64,000 bases of DNA from Chloroflexota bacterium. Its GTDB lineage: Bacteria > Chloroflexota > Anaerolineae > Anaerolineales > UBA11579. This document shows positions 1 through 9,608 of the stretch, piece after piece. The notes beneath the pieces were generated by a model. The model did no database searches and was not told where the DNA came from. It saw only the letters and a list, made by a program, of their open reading frames with translations. The translations under genes were made by a program, and so were the position numbers. How positions within the stretch are numbered: the first letter of the stretch is position 1; every line of letters begins with the position of its first letter. The stretch covers positions 3,792 through 67,791 of the forward strand of contig VRUJ01000006.1 in NCBI GenBank assembly GCA_019456165.1. Reading direction: 5' to 3'.

Positions 1-330
1 AAGATCAGTTGTCTATTTTCATTCCCACGCGGGAGCATGGGAACGAGGGAAGTCATCTCATCATGTCATTCCGAGCGCATTGTGCGAGGAATCCCTGAGA
101 AGCCAGCCTTCCCCCTCAAAATTCCAACCAAATAACCCACTTTCACCTCTACCCCCACGCCTCTAAAACCTCAGCTTCTTTCTCGCTCGAAATGACGTGA
201 TTTTCTCGTGCCAACGCTCCTGCGTGGGCATGCATTGAAGATCAGTTGTCTATTTTCATTCCCACGCGGGAGCATGGGAACGAGGGAAGTCATCTCATCA
301 TGTCATTCCGAGCGTTTTGGGCGAGGAATC
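1..330. repeat. Tandem duplication (unit ~236 bp; bases 1-78 are identical to 238-315) carrying REP-like hairpins: type B 'ttcccacgcgggagcatgggaa' at ~20-45 and ~258-283; type A 'cgtgccaacgctcctgcgtgggcatgc' at ~210-236
   Basis: Direct comparison shows 1-78 equals 238-315 exactly. The hairpins are palindromic (cccacgc-N4-gcgtggg) and belong to the same family that flanks the RAYT gene at 1840-2810. Confidence 0.8.
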
Positions 331-387
331 CCTGAGAAGACAAAGTAGAGACACACTCCGCCACCTTTCCCCCCACAACATCAACAA

Positions 388-680
388 TTATACCGACTTG
401 ACCCCCTGCCTCCACGCCTCTAAATCCTCAGCTTCTTTCTCTCGCTTTAACCCGGCTTGCCACTCATGCTCATCTGGCCGCGTGCCTGCCCAGGCCAATG
501 TGTCGCGGATTGTGGCTGCCAGGGGGCGGAAGGTGAGTCTCGCGGCGATAGCTTTGCCGCAATTCACCTGCATCAGCCCCACAGATTCTTTCTCATACAC
601 TCAGACGGGCAAATCGCTCCATTCCTCGAGGCTCTGCTCGATGAAAAACTGCGCTTCCACTCGGGTGAGAGTCCCGTCGT
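388..680 (-). pseudogene. Truncated, nonsense-mutated 3' fragment of a paralog of the NmrA-like epimerase gene found at 2860-3855
   Basis: The minus-strand translation reads ...TLTRVEAQFFIEQSLEEWSDLPV*VYEKESVGLMQVNCGKAIAARL...TRPDEHEWQAGLKREKEAEDLEAWRQG. It aligns to the C-terminus of ORF 2860..3855 (TLTWVEAQFLLDQGLEDWSDLPVWVHEQESVGVMQVECSKAIAAGL...). There is an in-frame TGA where the intact copy has TGG (Trp). No 5' part exists because the band-7 gene ends at 681. The downstream non-coding flank is also duplicated (compare 360-470 with 2840-2940). Confidence 0.8.
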
Positions 681-1613
681 TTACGCGGATTTCTTTTTGC
701 CTGACCCCGTTCCGGCGGAAGCAGAAGCGATCTGCTGGCCCATGAGACTATTGGAAGGGTAGACGATGATCATTGAGCTTTCCTCTTTGGACATATCGAG
801 AAGCGCCTGGATCTGTCGTAATTCCAGCGAGCCGTCCTGGGCGGTCAAAATTTCTGTTGCATCAGCTAGCGCGGTTGCCACTGCCACTTCAGCATCTGCC
901 TGGATCTGTTTGGCCCTGGCAGATCGTTCAGCACGGGCGATGACTGCCAGTTCCTCGATCAGTGCCGGTGGTGTGCCGACATCGGTGATCCGCACAGCCC
1001 GAACATTGATGCCGTAATCTTTAGCTGCCGCGTCAATCCCGAGTTTCAAGTCGGACGCGATCCTGCTGGTCTCACTCAGCAGAGGTTTCAGATCGTTACC
1101 ACCGATGGTGCTTTTCAGCGCTTCCATTGAGACCCATTCCGTCGTTTTCCAGTAGTCCTGGACATCGATAGCAGCTTTTTCGGGGTCTTCGACCTCCAAC
1201 TCGACGGCAGCAGTGACATCGACGGGGATGTTATCGCGGGTGAGCGTCTTGGTCGCTTTGACTTCATAGGTGGTGATGCGGACATCCAGGATGCGGGCAA
1301 CTGAGAAGATGAATGGGGGGATGATGAAGAGGCCAGGACCTCTGGCGCCGACAGACTTACCGAGACGGAGGAGGACCAGCCGCTCCCATTGAGGGAGGAT
1401 GAAGAACATCTTGGCGATGGTATTTGCCACCCAGAAGATGGCAAAGAACTTGACCAAGCCGGTGAGAAGGACCGGCACATTGTCCTCGGGAGCGCCCGTT
1501 TCCCAGATCACATTAAAATCGGGCAAGGCGAGCCAGAGCCACAGCGGCAAAGCGATAACCAGCCGGATCGTATTGCGGATAAAACTTTGAACAGGATTCC
1601 TTTGAATGCGCAT
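681..1613 (-). CDS. SPFH/band-7 (stomatin/prohibitin-like) membrane protein
   Basis: An N-terminal TM segment is followed by an SPFH-domain-like sequence and a C-terminal coiled-coil segment (...RAERSARAKQIQADAEVA...). The start is probably the internal Met (MRIQRN) preceded by aaggag. The longest ORF extends to 1643. Confidence 0.75.
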   Translation of the reverse strand: MRIQRNPVQSFIRNTIRLVIALPLWLWLALPDFNVIWETGAPEDNVPVLLTGLVKFFAIFWVANTIAKMFFILPQWERLVLLRLGKSVGARGPGLFIIPPFIFSVARILDVRITTYEVKATKTLTRDNIPVDVTAAVELEVEDPEKAAIDVQDYWKTTEWVSMEALKSTIGGNDLKPLLSETSRIASDLKLGIDAAAKDYGINVRAVRITDVGTPPALIEELAVIARAERSARAKQIQADAEVAVATALADATEILTAQDGSLELRQIQALLDMSKEESSMIIVYPSNSLMGQQIASASAGTGSGKKKSA

Positions 1614-1839
1614 TTCTTTTTCTCCTTTATATGATGTGAACATATGACAGTTATCCGTATTAGCATGAACTCTGACAACTTATAGTAACCTTAATTCTAG
1701 TGCTTATGTGGAAATTGTATACACAGAAAATCTGGGGATTTGGGAGATCGGTATTTTGGTGTGTTTGAAATGAACCACTCTAAACCCTTTTACTTGTTCA
1801 AGTTATTTAGTTTTCGATCCTTATTCAGACGTAGAGATG

Positions 1840-2001
1840 ATCTCAGGAATCGTGCCCACGCTCCTGCGTGGGCATGCAAACGACATCACCTTTTTCGTTC
1901 CCACGCTGGAGCTTGGGAACAAGGATGGAAAATCCGGATTTCCGGATTCGAAAAATCCAAGGTTTCTCTCGTGCACACGCTCTTGCGTGGGCATGCCAAA
2001 A
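1840..2001. repeat. REP-like hairpin cluster: A 'cgtgcccacgctcctgcgtgggcatgc', B 'cgttcccacgctggagcttgggaac', A 'cgtgcacacgctcttgcgtgggcatgc'
   Basis: Three palindromic units lie immediately 3' of the RAYT gene. They share a consensus with the units at 1-330 and 2640-2810. Confidence 0.8.
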
Positions 2002-2535
2002 TCACCAATTTTGCTCCACATCCAACAAGCCAGGTAATCCTGCATAATTAGCCGCGCTGGAATATACCCATTGAACTGGCTCGTCCACCAAACCGCGCTT
2101 AACTGGATTATAGTGAATGTACTCAATCTTTTGTCTCATCATCGCCTTGTTTTGAAGTGCCTGTGGGTGAGAACCTTCCTGCCAGACTTGGAATTGCCTA
2201 TCTTTTTTATGCGGAGCTTTGGCTTGGGCTAACTGCTCCAGCCACTTTTTTTCTTTCTTCTCTTTTAGGGTATCAATGATTCTGCGTGCAGTGAAAGATT
2301 TAAAGTTTGCAATTTCTTTGGATAAGTTTACAGAGGCTGCGACCAAATGCAAATGGGTATCCATAAATACGTATGCATAAATGGTCAGCCGATTGTGTTT
2401 TTGCATAAAACGCAAAGAAGCATATAGGATATCTATTAAATTGGGGTCTTTAAACAATGGGAGCCAATTAACAAGTGTACAGGTGAGAAAGTGAGGAGAG
2501 AAATTTTCATAAACTCGGTATCGGCTGCGGGGCAT
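2002..2535 (-). mobile_element. REP-associated tyrosine transposase (RAYT; IS200/IS605-like Y1 HUH transposase)
   Basis: The 177-aa product carries an HUH motif (FMDTHLHLV) and a C-terminal Y-containing motif (YIHYNPVKRGLV) typical of TnpA-REP/Y1 transposases. The gene is flanked on both sides by REP-like palindromes. Confidence 0.8.
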
Positions 2536-2639
2536 GTGATTATTATAGTTTGTTTGACGTTTTACAGACCCGAGTGGGAGGCTGGGGGCGAGGTCAAGAA
2601 TTCCATTCTATGTTCCTGAATAGGCAATTTCACTATTTT

Positions 2640-2810
2640 CGTTCCCACGCAGGAGCGTGGAAACTAGGGAAGTGATTATGGGGAGATTGTATACACAGAA
2701 AATCTGGGGAATTGGGAGAACCTTATTCTCTCGTGCCCACTCTCCTGCGTGGGTACGCCACAGATCACCTGTTTTCGATCCCACGCGGGTGCATAGGATT
2801 GAGGAAGATG
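2640..2810. repeat. REP-like hairpin cluster 5' of RAYT: B 'cgttcccacgcaggagcgtggaaac', A 'cgtgcccactctcctgcgtgggtacgc', B-like 'cgatcccacgcgggtgcataggattgag'. Also holds a second copy of the 'attgtatacacagaaaatctgggga(t/a)ttgggaga' segment seen at 1715-1755
   Basis: The same palindrome family is found on the other flank, and the ~40-bp segment at 1715-1755 is directly duplicated at 2688-2725. Confidence 0.75.
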
Positions 2811-2859
2811 ATTAACCACGCTTCGCCAACCTTTCCCATCAAATTTCCAAACTAATCGC

Positions 2860-3855
2860 CTACTTTGCCCTTCCTCTCCGCGCCTTTAAAACCTCAGCTT
2901 CTTTCTGTCGAGTTAACCCGGCTTGCCACTCATAGTCGTCTGACCGCGTATCTGCCCAGGCCGACGTATCGCGGATGGTGTCTGCCAATGGGCAGAAAGA
3001 GAGTCCAGCGGCGATGGCCTTGCTGCATTCTACCTGCATCACTCCCACCGACTCTTGCTCATGAACCCAGACCGGCAGATCGCTCCAATCCTCCAGACCT
3101 TGATCGAGAAGGAATTGCGCTTCCACCCAGGTGAGGGTTGCTTCGCTGCCGGTAACCTTTAGGCTGGTCTCCAGCAGTTCTCCCATACTCAGCCGGTTTT
3201 TAGGCCCGGTGGTGTTGTAGATACCCGTGTGTTTATCTGCAACCATGCGCAGCGTCCATTCGGCCAGGTCGCGGGCATCGATGAATTGCACAGGGGTTTT
3301 CGGGTCATCAGGGGCCAACGTCTCGCCACTCTGGGCTATGCGCTGGGGCCAATATGTGAAGCGATCGGTATGGTCGTGGGGGCCGACGATCAAGCCAGGC
3401 CGGACTATCAACGCTCGTCCTGGTATCGCCGCCTCAACGGCTTGCTCGCATAGAACTTTCAAGGGTCCGTAAGTCTCCTCGGTAATTTCTTCAATGCTTT
3501 CATCTTTCATTCTTCCCAGGGGAGCGTCCTCGCGCATGCCGACCTGGCTGAAGTCTGCAAATACCGAGATAGAGGAAATAAAGACATAATGCTCGACTGC
3601 GGAGGCCAAAAGCTCTGCCGAGGCTTTAACCAAGCGCGGCACATAACCGCAGGTGTCGATCACCGCGTCCCAACTGCCGCCCTCTAGCGCTTGCATTCCT
3701 CCATCCCGGTCACCCTGCAAATGCTCTAGTTGGGGGTATAAATCCGGGTTTGTCTGCCCCCGATTGAAGAGGGTTACTTCGTGGCCCCTGGAAAGTGCGG
3801 CATCCACAAGGTGGCGGCCAACAAAGCGTGTTCCGCCCAGGATCAATAATTTCAT
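2860..3855 (-). CDS. NAD(P)-binding NmrA-like/SDR-family epimerase-dehydratase-type protein
   Basis: N-terminal Rossmann motif MKLLILGGTRFVGRHLV. The 331-aa length is typical of NmrA-like proteins. Confidence 0.7.
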   Translation of the reverse strand: MKLLILGGTRFVGRHLVDAALSRGHEVTLFNRGQTNPDLYPQLEHLQGDRDGGMQALEGGSWDAVIDTCGYVPRLVKASAELLASAVEHYVFISSISVFADFSQVGMREDAPLGRMKDESIEEITEETYGPLKVLCEQAVEAAIPGRALIVRPGLIVGPHDHTDRFTYWPQRIAQSGETLAPDDPKTPVQFIDARDLAEWTLRMVADKHTGIYNTTGPKNRLSMGELLETSLKVTGSEATLTWVEAQFLLDQGLEDWSDLPVWVHEQESVGVMQVECSKAIAAGLSFCPLADTIRDTSAWADTRSDDYEWQAGLTRQKEAEVLKARRGRAK

Positions 3856-3908
3856 AGGATTGTCTCCTCATCATTGAGTAGCTTATTTTACGATTAAATC
3901 TTCCGGGT

Positions 3909-4619
3909 TCAAAAAACAATCTGTACAAGATAATCAGATTTAACCAACCAGTATGTCAAAAAGAATACAACGCCATTATTCAACGCGTGAAAAATTACTG
4001 AAGGCCATATCGATTTGCTTCTCTGGTAGAGGAAGGCATAGATTAATCCAATACCAAAGATAGGTATTAATGTGACCAATTCCATATGCACCAAGGCAAA
4101 AAAGGCCGCGCTGATCATAGCAGCTTTTTGCCAGCCATAGCGCTGACGCATTCCGGCGAATAAAAATCCCCTGAAAAAAATCTCCTCCACGAATGGACCC
4201 ACCAGGATGCCGCCAACAATTAACAACCAGGGAGAGTCTAAACCTATTAAGGGAAGCATATAGTTTTTTGGGGGGGACACTTCTAAGAAAGACATAATGA
4301 TTGTGTAAAAGAAGTAACAGATGTTAAACAATAAAACCAATCCACACCCCAATCCAAGTGTACTCCCACTAAAAGCCCGCACACCCAATTCTGTCCAACT
4401 CACATTGTATCTCCGGATGACCAGCCACCACAAAGGGAATAATAGTAACAAATTTCCGAAAATGTTAAATATTGAGGGCCTTAATCCCAGCTCAAGGTAA
4501 TTATTCAGGTACCCAACTTCATAGCCAATTAGCATCCATGCAATCAGGGCAAGGATACCAAGCCATACATCCCAGTGCGTCCATGGAACTTTGTTTATTT
4601 CACCTGATTCTGTTTCCAT
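3909..4619 (-). CDS. CPBP-family (CAAX protease/Abi) intramembrane metalloprotease
   Basis: Multi-TM protein with EEIFFRGF and HALNN motifs, the conserved EExxxR and HxxxN motifs of this family. Confidence 0.75.
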   Translation of the reverse strand: METESGEINKVPWTHWDVWLGILALIAWMLIGYEVGYLNNYLELGLRPSIFNIFGNLLLLFPLWWLVIRRYNVSWTELGVRAFSGSTLGLGCGLVLLFNICYFFYTIIMSFLEVSPPKNYMLPLIGLDSPWLLIVGGILVGPFVEEIFFRGFLFAGMRQRYGWQKAAMISAAFFALVHMELVTLIPIFGIGLIYAFLYQRSKSIWPSVIFHALNNGVVFFLTYWLVKSDYLVQIVF

Positions 4620-4852
4620 AACTTTCCTTTCCCATACATCTTAGTGAGCTTTATGTTAGCTGCGTCATTCTAGCATAGAGTATGTTGTCAAACAAGATAA
4701 AAAACCTTTACCTTCATTTATCGCAAGTTTGTGGTTAGAAACGTCAAGTAAGAGATGGCGATTGAACCACTACATAATAGTAACAATCCTTCCTTTTAGG
4801 AGTGAAATAGTCCTTCCCTTTTCAACGCCAAGGGATCCTGGAGAAAGAAATC

Positions 4853-7800
4853 ATGCTAACGAAATTAAACTTAACTATGCGAGCCAGGCTAATTGCAGCC
4901 TTCTTCTTGGTCGCCCTAATCCCTATGAGCCTGCTGGCATTCTTAAACAGCCGCTCCACCCGCCAAGCTCTGATAGACGATGCTAACCAGGCTCTTTTCG
5001 CGGTGGCGTCACAAACAGCGGCCAGTTTGGATGTCTTTATAAACTCCAACATCGAAGCTGTGCGCACAGAGGCACAGTTACCGGCCATTAAAAATTACTT
5101 GAGCTTACCTAACGAGCAGTTAGCCGGCAGCCCCGAAGAGCTGGAAGTCTTGGCCTTGCTGCAAACGTTGAGCACCAAAGACAACAACATTACTTCCTAC
5201 GCGCTGCTGGACAGCCGGGGGTTTGATCTGGTGGATACTTCGCTCAACGAGATCGGGATAGATAAATCTGACCGTGAATACTACACACACTTCCTGGATA
5301 ACCCAGATACACGAAAAACCTACGTCTCCCCGGTGCAGTTCTACGGGGGTTTTGGAGAGGCATCCCTATATTTCAGCAGTCCAATTTACGCAACTGGCGG
5401 CGAGTTCATGGGCGTATTACGAGCGCGTTACAGCGCTGAGGTGCTGCAAGACCTGGTGGCAGAGAAGAACAACCTTGCCGGACAAGGTTCCTTTGGTGTC
5501 TTGTTCGACGAACATCACATCCACCTGGCGCACGGCGTGGAACCACAGGTCAATTATCTTCCCATCATAACCTTCGACGACGCTCTGGTAGCTGAACTGC
5601 GCGACAACCAGCGCCTGCCAGATATACTCGATGAAGACCTCTTTATCATGGAGTTGACCAAACTAGAAACCCACTTATCTAATCCGGAGGAAGAGCGCTT
5701 CTTCGAGGCTGAAGACGTGGCCACTGGCGAGTTGGTTAACCAGGTTGCCATCGCAGCTATGGAAAACCAGCCCTGGCTGGTAACATTCTTCCAACCGCAA
5801 GAGATCTTCCTCGCACCGGTGCAGGCGCAAACCAACAACACGCTGCTGCTGCTAGGCCTCTTTGCAGTAGCTGCGGTTTTGATCGCCTTCGCAATTGGGC
5901 AGCTCCTGGGCCGGCCAATCATAAAATTGACCGGTACAGTTTCACAGTTCGCAGAAGGTAACCTGGAAGCTCGCTCTGAGATCGAATCTGAAGACGAGAT
6001 CGGTGTGCTGGCAAAGAGCTTCAACTCCATGGCCGAGCAGTTAGGCAATTCGCTGACCGGTTTGGAAAACCGCCAGGTGGAATTGGAGAGCGAAATTTCC
6101 GAACGCCAACGCGCTGAAGGCGCGCTGCGCAAAAGCGAGGAGCGCTACCGTTCCATCTCAGACCTGACCTCAGATTACATTTACAGTGTTGATGTCGCTC
6201 CGGATGGGGATCTGCAGCTCAATTGGTCCACGGAAGCGTTCTCACGCTTCACTGGCTATACGGCCGAAGAGTTAGCCGAGCGCGGCGGTTGGACCAGCTT
6301 GGTGCACCCAGAAGACCGGGAAGATTTCGATGAAAAACGAAACAGGCTTCTCGAATCTGGTGATCAAGATGCTGTCGAATATCGCATTATCACCAAAGAC
6401 GGAAAAATTCGTTGGCTGCGTGACTTTAGGCGTTCAACTTTGGACGAAGAAGGCAAAAGCGTGGTCCGCCTGCTTGGGGCTGCCCAAGATATCACCGCAC
6501 AGAAGAAAGCAGACCAAGAACTCAAGGGCGCAAAAGACAGCGCTGAGGCTGCAAACCGGGCTAAAAGCGCATTCCTGGCAAACATGAGCCACGAACTGCG
6601 CACACCTCTCAACGCAATTTTAGGTTTTACCCAACTGATGGCCCGCGATGGGGGCTTAAACCCTCAACAGAGAGAGCACCTGGGAATCGTCAGCCGCGGC
6701 GGTGAGCACTTGCTCACTCTGATCAACGACATTCTTGAAATGTCCAAGATCGAAGCCGGACGTACACAGCTGAACAACAACAGCTTTGACTTCTACCGCC
6801 TGCTAGACGATATTGAAGACATGCTGCAATTACGAACCAAAGAAGAGGGCTTGTTAATGCTCTTCGAACGCACCCCTGAAGTTCCGCAGTACATTCGTGC
6901 AGACGAAAGAAAATTACGCCAAGTATTGATAAACCTGCTGAGTAACGCCATCAAGTTCACAAAAGAAGGCGGCATATCACTACGCGTGAGATTCGACAAC
7001 GGAGAAAAACGTCTCTATTTTGAGATCGAAGACTCCGGTCCCGGAATCGCACAAGATGAGATCGACTTCCTGTTTGAAGCCTTCGTGCAGACCTCCAGCG
7101 GAGAGAGTACCTTAGAAGGCACCGGCCTGGGCCTACCCATAAGCCAGCAATTCGTGCAATTGATGGGAAGCAAGATTACCGTCAGCACAAAACTTGGTCA
7201 AGGCTCAATCTTCAAGTTTGACATGCTAATGGAAGCTGCAGATGCATCAAAGGTGGCTGCCAAAGAAACCCCCCGCCAGGTGATTGGTTTGGAACCTGGC
7301 CAACCTCGCTATAGAATCCTGATCGTTGAGGACCGCCTAGAGAACCGCAAGCTGTTGATCGAGCTGCTTGAGCCGCTGGGATTTGAACTTCGCGAGGCTG
7401 TAAACGGCCAGGAAGCGATAGAAATGTGGAGGAGTTGGGAGCCCCACCTGATTTGGATGGACATGCGCATGCCTGTCATGGACGGCTATGAGGCCACCCG
7501 GCAGATCAGATCTACTACCAACGGCCCTGAAACAGTTATCATCGCCCTGACGGCCAGCGCTTTCGAGGAAAACCGGGCTATGAGCCTGGAGGCCGGAGCC
7601 TACGACTTTGTACGCAAACCGTTCCGCAGCGGGGAGATCTTCGATAAGATCACAAAGCACCTGGGAGTTCGCTTCATATACGATGATGAGCCCGTCGAAA
7701 CAGAACGTAAAAAGCCAATTGAAACGAGCCAATTAACACCCGCCGCTCTGGCCAGTTTGCCATCCGACTGGGTCGCCGAGCTGCATAGAGCCGCTTCCCG

Positions 7801-7942
7801 GGCTGATAGTGAGCTTATCCTGGAGCTAGTAGAACGAATTCGCCTTCAGGAACCAGACCTGGCGGGTGCGCTGGTCAAGATGGTTGACAACTTCCGCTTT
7901 GAAGTTATTATGGATATTACCTCTGCACAAATCGGAGTATAA
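4853..7942 (+). CDS. Hybrid sensor histidine kinase (periplasmic sensor domain, HAMP, PAS, HisKA, HATPase, REC, C-terminal extension)
   Basis: Two TM segments bracket a ~300-aa extracytoplasmic domain. H-box MSHELRTPLNAILGF, G-boxes GTGLGL, and a receiver domain (ILIVEDRLENRKLL...WMDMRMPVMDGYEA). Confidence 0.9.
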   Translation: MLTKLNLTMRARLIAAFFLVALIPMSLLAFLNSRSTRQALIDDANQALFAVASQTAASLDVFINSNIEAVRTEAQLPAIKNYLSLPNEQLAGSPEELEVLALLQTLSTKDNNITSYALLDSRGFDLVDTSLNEIGIDKSDREYYTHFLDNPDTRKTYVSPVQFYGGFGEASLYFSSPIYATGGEFMGVLRARYSAEVLQDLVAEKNNLAGQGSFGVLFDEHHIHLAHGVEPQVNYLPIITFDDALVAELRDNQRLPDILDEDLFIMELTKLETHLSNPEEERFFEAEDVATGELVNQVAIAAMENQPWLVTFFQPQEIFLAPVQAQTNNTLLLLGLFAVAAVLIAFAIGQLLGRPIIKLTGTVSQFAEGNLEARSEIESEDEIGVLAKSFNSMAEQLGNSLTGLENRQVELESEISERQRAEGALRKSEERYRSISDLTSDYIYSVDVAPDGDLQLNWSTEAFSRFTGYTAEELAERGGWTSLVHPEDREDFDEKRNRLLESGDQDAVEYRIITKDGKIRWLRDFRRSTLDEEGKSVVRLLGAAQDITAQKKADQELKGAKDSAEAANRAKSAFLANMSHELRTPLNAILGFTQLMARDGGLNPQQREHLGIVSRGGEHLLTLINDILEMSKIEAGRTQLNNNSFDFYRLLDDIEDMLQLRTKEEGLLMLFERTPEVPQYIRADERKLRQVLINLLSNAIKFTKEGGISLRVRFDNGEKRLYFEIEDSGPGIAQDEIDFLFEAFVQTSSGESTLEGTGLGLPISQQFVQLMGSKITVSTKLGQGSIFKFDMLMEAADASKVAAKETPRQVIGLEPGQPRYRILIVEDRLENRKLLIELLEPLGFELREAVNGQEAIEMWRSWEPHLIWMDMRMPVMDGYEATRQIRSTTNGPETVIIALTASAFEENRAMSLEAGAYDFVRKPFRSGEIFDKITKHLGVRFIYDDEPVETERKKPIETSQLTPAALASLPSDWVAELHRAASRADSELILELVERIRLQEPDLAGALVKMVDNFRFEVIMDITSAQIGV

Positions 7943-7944
7943 GC

Positions 7945-9285
7945 ATGGGCAACCAACCAAGTGAAACGCCAAGAGGGGACATCCTAATCGTTGACGATAC
8001 CCCAGATAACCTGCGTCTGCTATCTACCTTTCTCACGGACCAAGGTTTCAAAGTCAGGTCTGTGATCAGCGGTCCTATGGCGCTAACTGCCACGCGCTCA
8101 TCACCACCAGACCTGATATTGCTAGATATCACAATGCCGGAGATGAACGGCTATGAAGTAAGCCAACGGCTTAAGCAAGACGAGCAGACCCGCGATATCC
8201 CCATTATCTTCATCAGCGCGCTGAACGAGACGCTGGATAAAGTCAAAGCCTTTTCTGTCGGAGGGGTTGATTTCATTACCAAGCCCTTCCAATTCGAGGA
8301 GGTTTTGGCGCGCGTCGAAACACACCTTAGTTTACGCAAGCTGCAAACACAGCTTCAGACTCTTAACGATGAGCTAGAGGGACGCGTCGAGGCACGCACT
8401 GCAGAACTGGTTGAATTGAACAGCGCTTACGAGCGCTTCGTACCGCGCGAATTCCTGAGCTACCTGGATAAAAAGAGCATTACGGACGTCAAGCTGGGTG
8501 ATCAGATGCAGCAAGACATGACCATCATGTTCTCAGATTTGCGCTCTTTCACCACCCTCTCGGAAAATATGACCCCTCAGGAAAATTTTAATTTCCTCAA
8601 CTCCTACCTGAGCAAGATCAGCCCCGTTATCCGGGAGAACGATGGTTTTATAGATACTTATATCGGGGACGCGGTCATGTCGCTGTTCCCTAAAAGCCCG
8701 GATGACGCTTTGCAAGCTGCAATTGCCATGAGCCACGAATTAACAGACTATAACGCCTTACGCGAGGAAATGGGCCACGAGCCTATCAGCGTGGGCACCG
8801 GCTTGCACACAGGCAGTTTGATGCTTGGCATTATCGGTGGAGAGCAGCGCATGCAAGGCACCGTGATCTCCGATGCCGTCAACCTGGCCTCGCGCATTGA
8901 GCGTCTGACCAAAAAGTACGGCGTCTCAGTGATCGCTTGCGAACGCACTCTGGCGAGCCTGGAAGACACTTCGATATACAATTACCGTTTTATTGACCGC
9001 GTGCAGGTTGAGGGTAAAACTGAGCCGGTGACCGTTTTTGAGGTCTTCGATTGCGACACGGATGAGATGGTCGAGCTTAAACTTAGGACCAAAGATGATT
9101 TCGAAGAAGGGCTGCACTTATATTACGACAAGAAATTTGCAGAAGCCAGCGTAAAATTCAACCGTGTTTTGGAACTAAATCCCGAAGATATAGCCGCACG
9201 CATCTACCTGGAGCGCGCCGCACATTTTATGGTGCACGGCGTGCCATCGGATTGGGTAGGTGTGGAGGCTCTGACTGAGAAGTAG
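7945..9285 (+). CDS. Response regulator receiver fused to a class III adenylate/guanylate cyclase domain (plus C-terminal TPR-like tail)
   Basis: REC motifs (ILIVDDTPDNLRLL, LLDITMPEMNGYEV). Cyclase motifs MFSDLRSFTTLSE, YIGDAVMSLF, GLHTGSLMLGIIG. The start lies 2 nt after the kinase stop, so translational coupling is likely. Confidence 0.85.
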   Translation: MGNQPSETPRGDILIVDDTPDNLRLLSTFLTDQGFKVRSVISGPMALTATRSSPPDLILLDITMPEMNGYEVSQRLKQDEQTRDIPIIFISALNETLDKVKAFSVGGVDFITKPFQFEEVLARVETHLSLRKLQTQLQTLNDELEGRVEARTAELVELNSAYERFVPREFLSYLDKKSITDVKLGDQMQQDMTIMFSDLRSFTTLSENMTPQENFNFLNSYLSKISPVIRENDGFIDTYIGDAVMSLFPKSPDDALQAAIAMSHELTDYNALREEMGHEPISVGTGLHTGSLMLGIIGGEQRMQGTVISDAVNLASRIERLTKKYGVSVIACERTLASLEDTSIYNYRFIDRVQVEGKTEPVTVFEVFDCDTDEMVELKLRTKDDFEEGLHLYYDKKFAEASVKFNRVLELNPEDIAARIYLERAAHFMVHGVPSDWVGVEALTEK

Positions 9286-9608
9286 TATAGCAAGCTATCA
9301 AAACTTAATAGCTCCCCTTTGGAATAATAATATATATCGGTTATTCCTTTGCCAGACCAAACCCCACATTAGTTTTGTTTTCCAAGGCAAAATACTATTA
9401 GCGAAGAGTATCAATGAATATCAGCATTTTACCAATTACAGCTACCAATAAAGGTTACCTCAAAACAGTACTTAAGTACTATTTACCCATGACAAGTTGG
9501 AGTATAATAAGGAATAACTACAAGGAAAAACTCTGGACATTTTCGCGAGGTTTTTCCTTGAGAAAAAACACGACTTAATCAGGATTTCCCATCTTGTCCC
9601 CTAATCGG

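Noticed and set aside
317-762. Plus-strand ORFs 317..745 and 457..762
   Set aside because: They overlap the REP elements and the antisense of the epimerase pseudogene fragment. There is no RBS, and the composition is non-coding.
1-2810. Possible CRISPR array, given the recurring cccacgc...gcgtggg palindromes
   Set aside because: Two different palindrome types alternate with irregular spacing (20-700 bp). There is no uniform repeat/spacer periodicity and no cas genes. The associated gene is a RAYT (HUH) transposase, so REP/BIME elements fit better.
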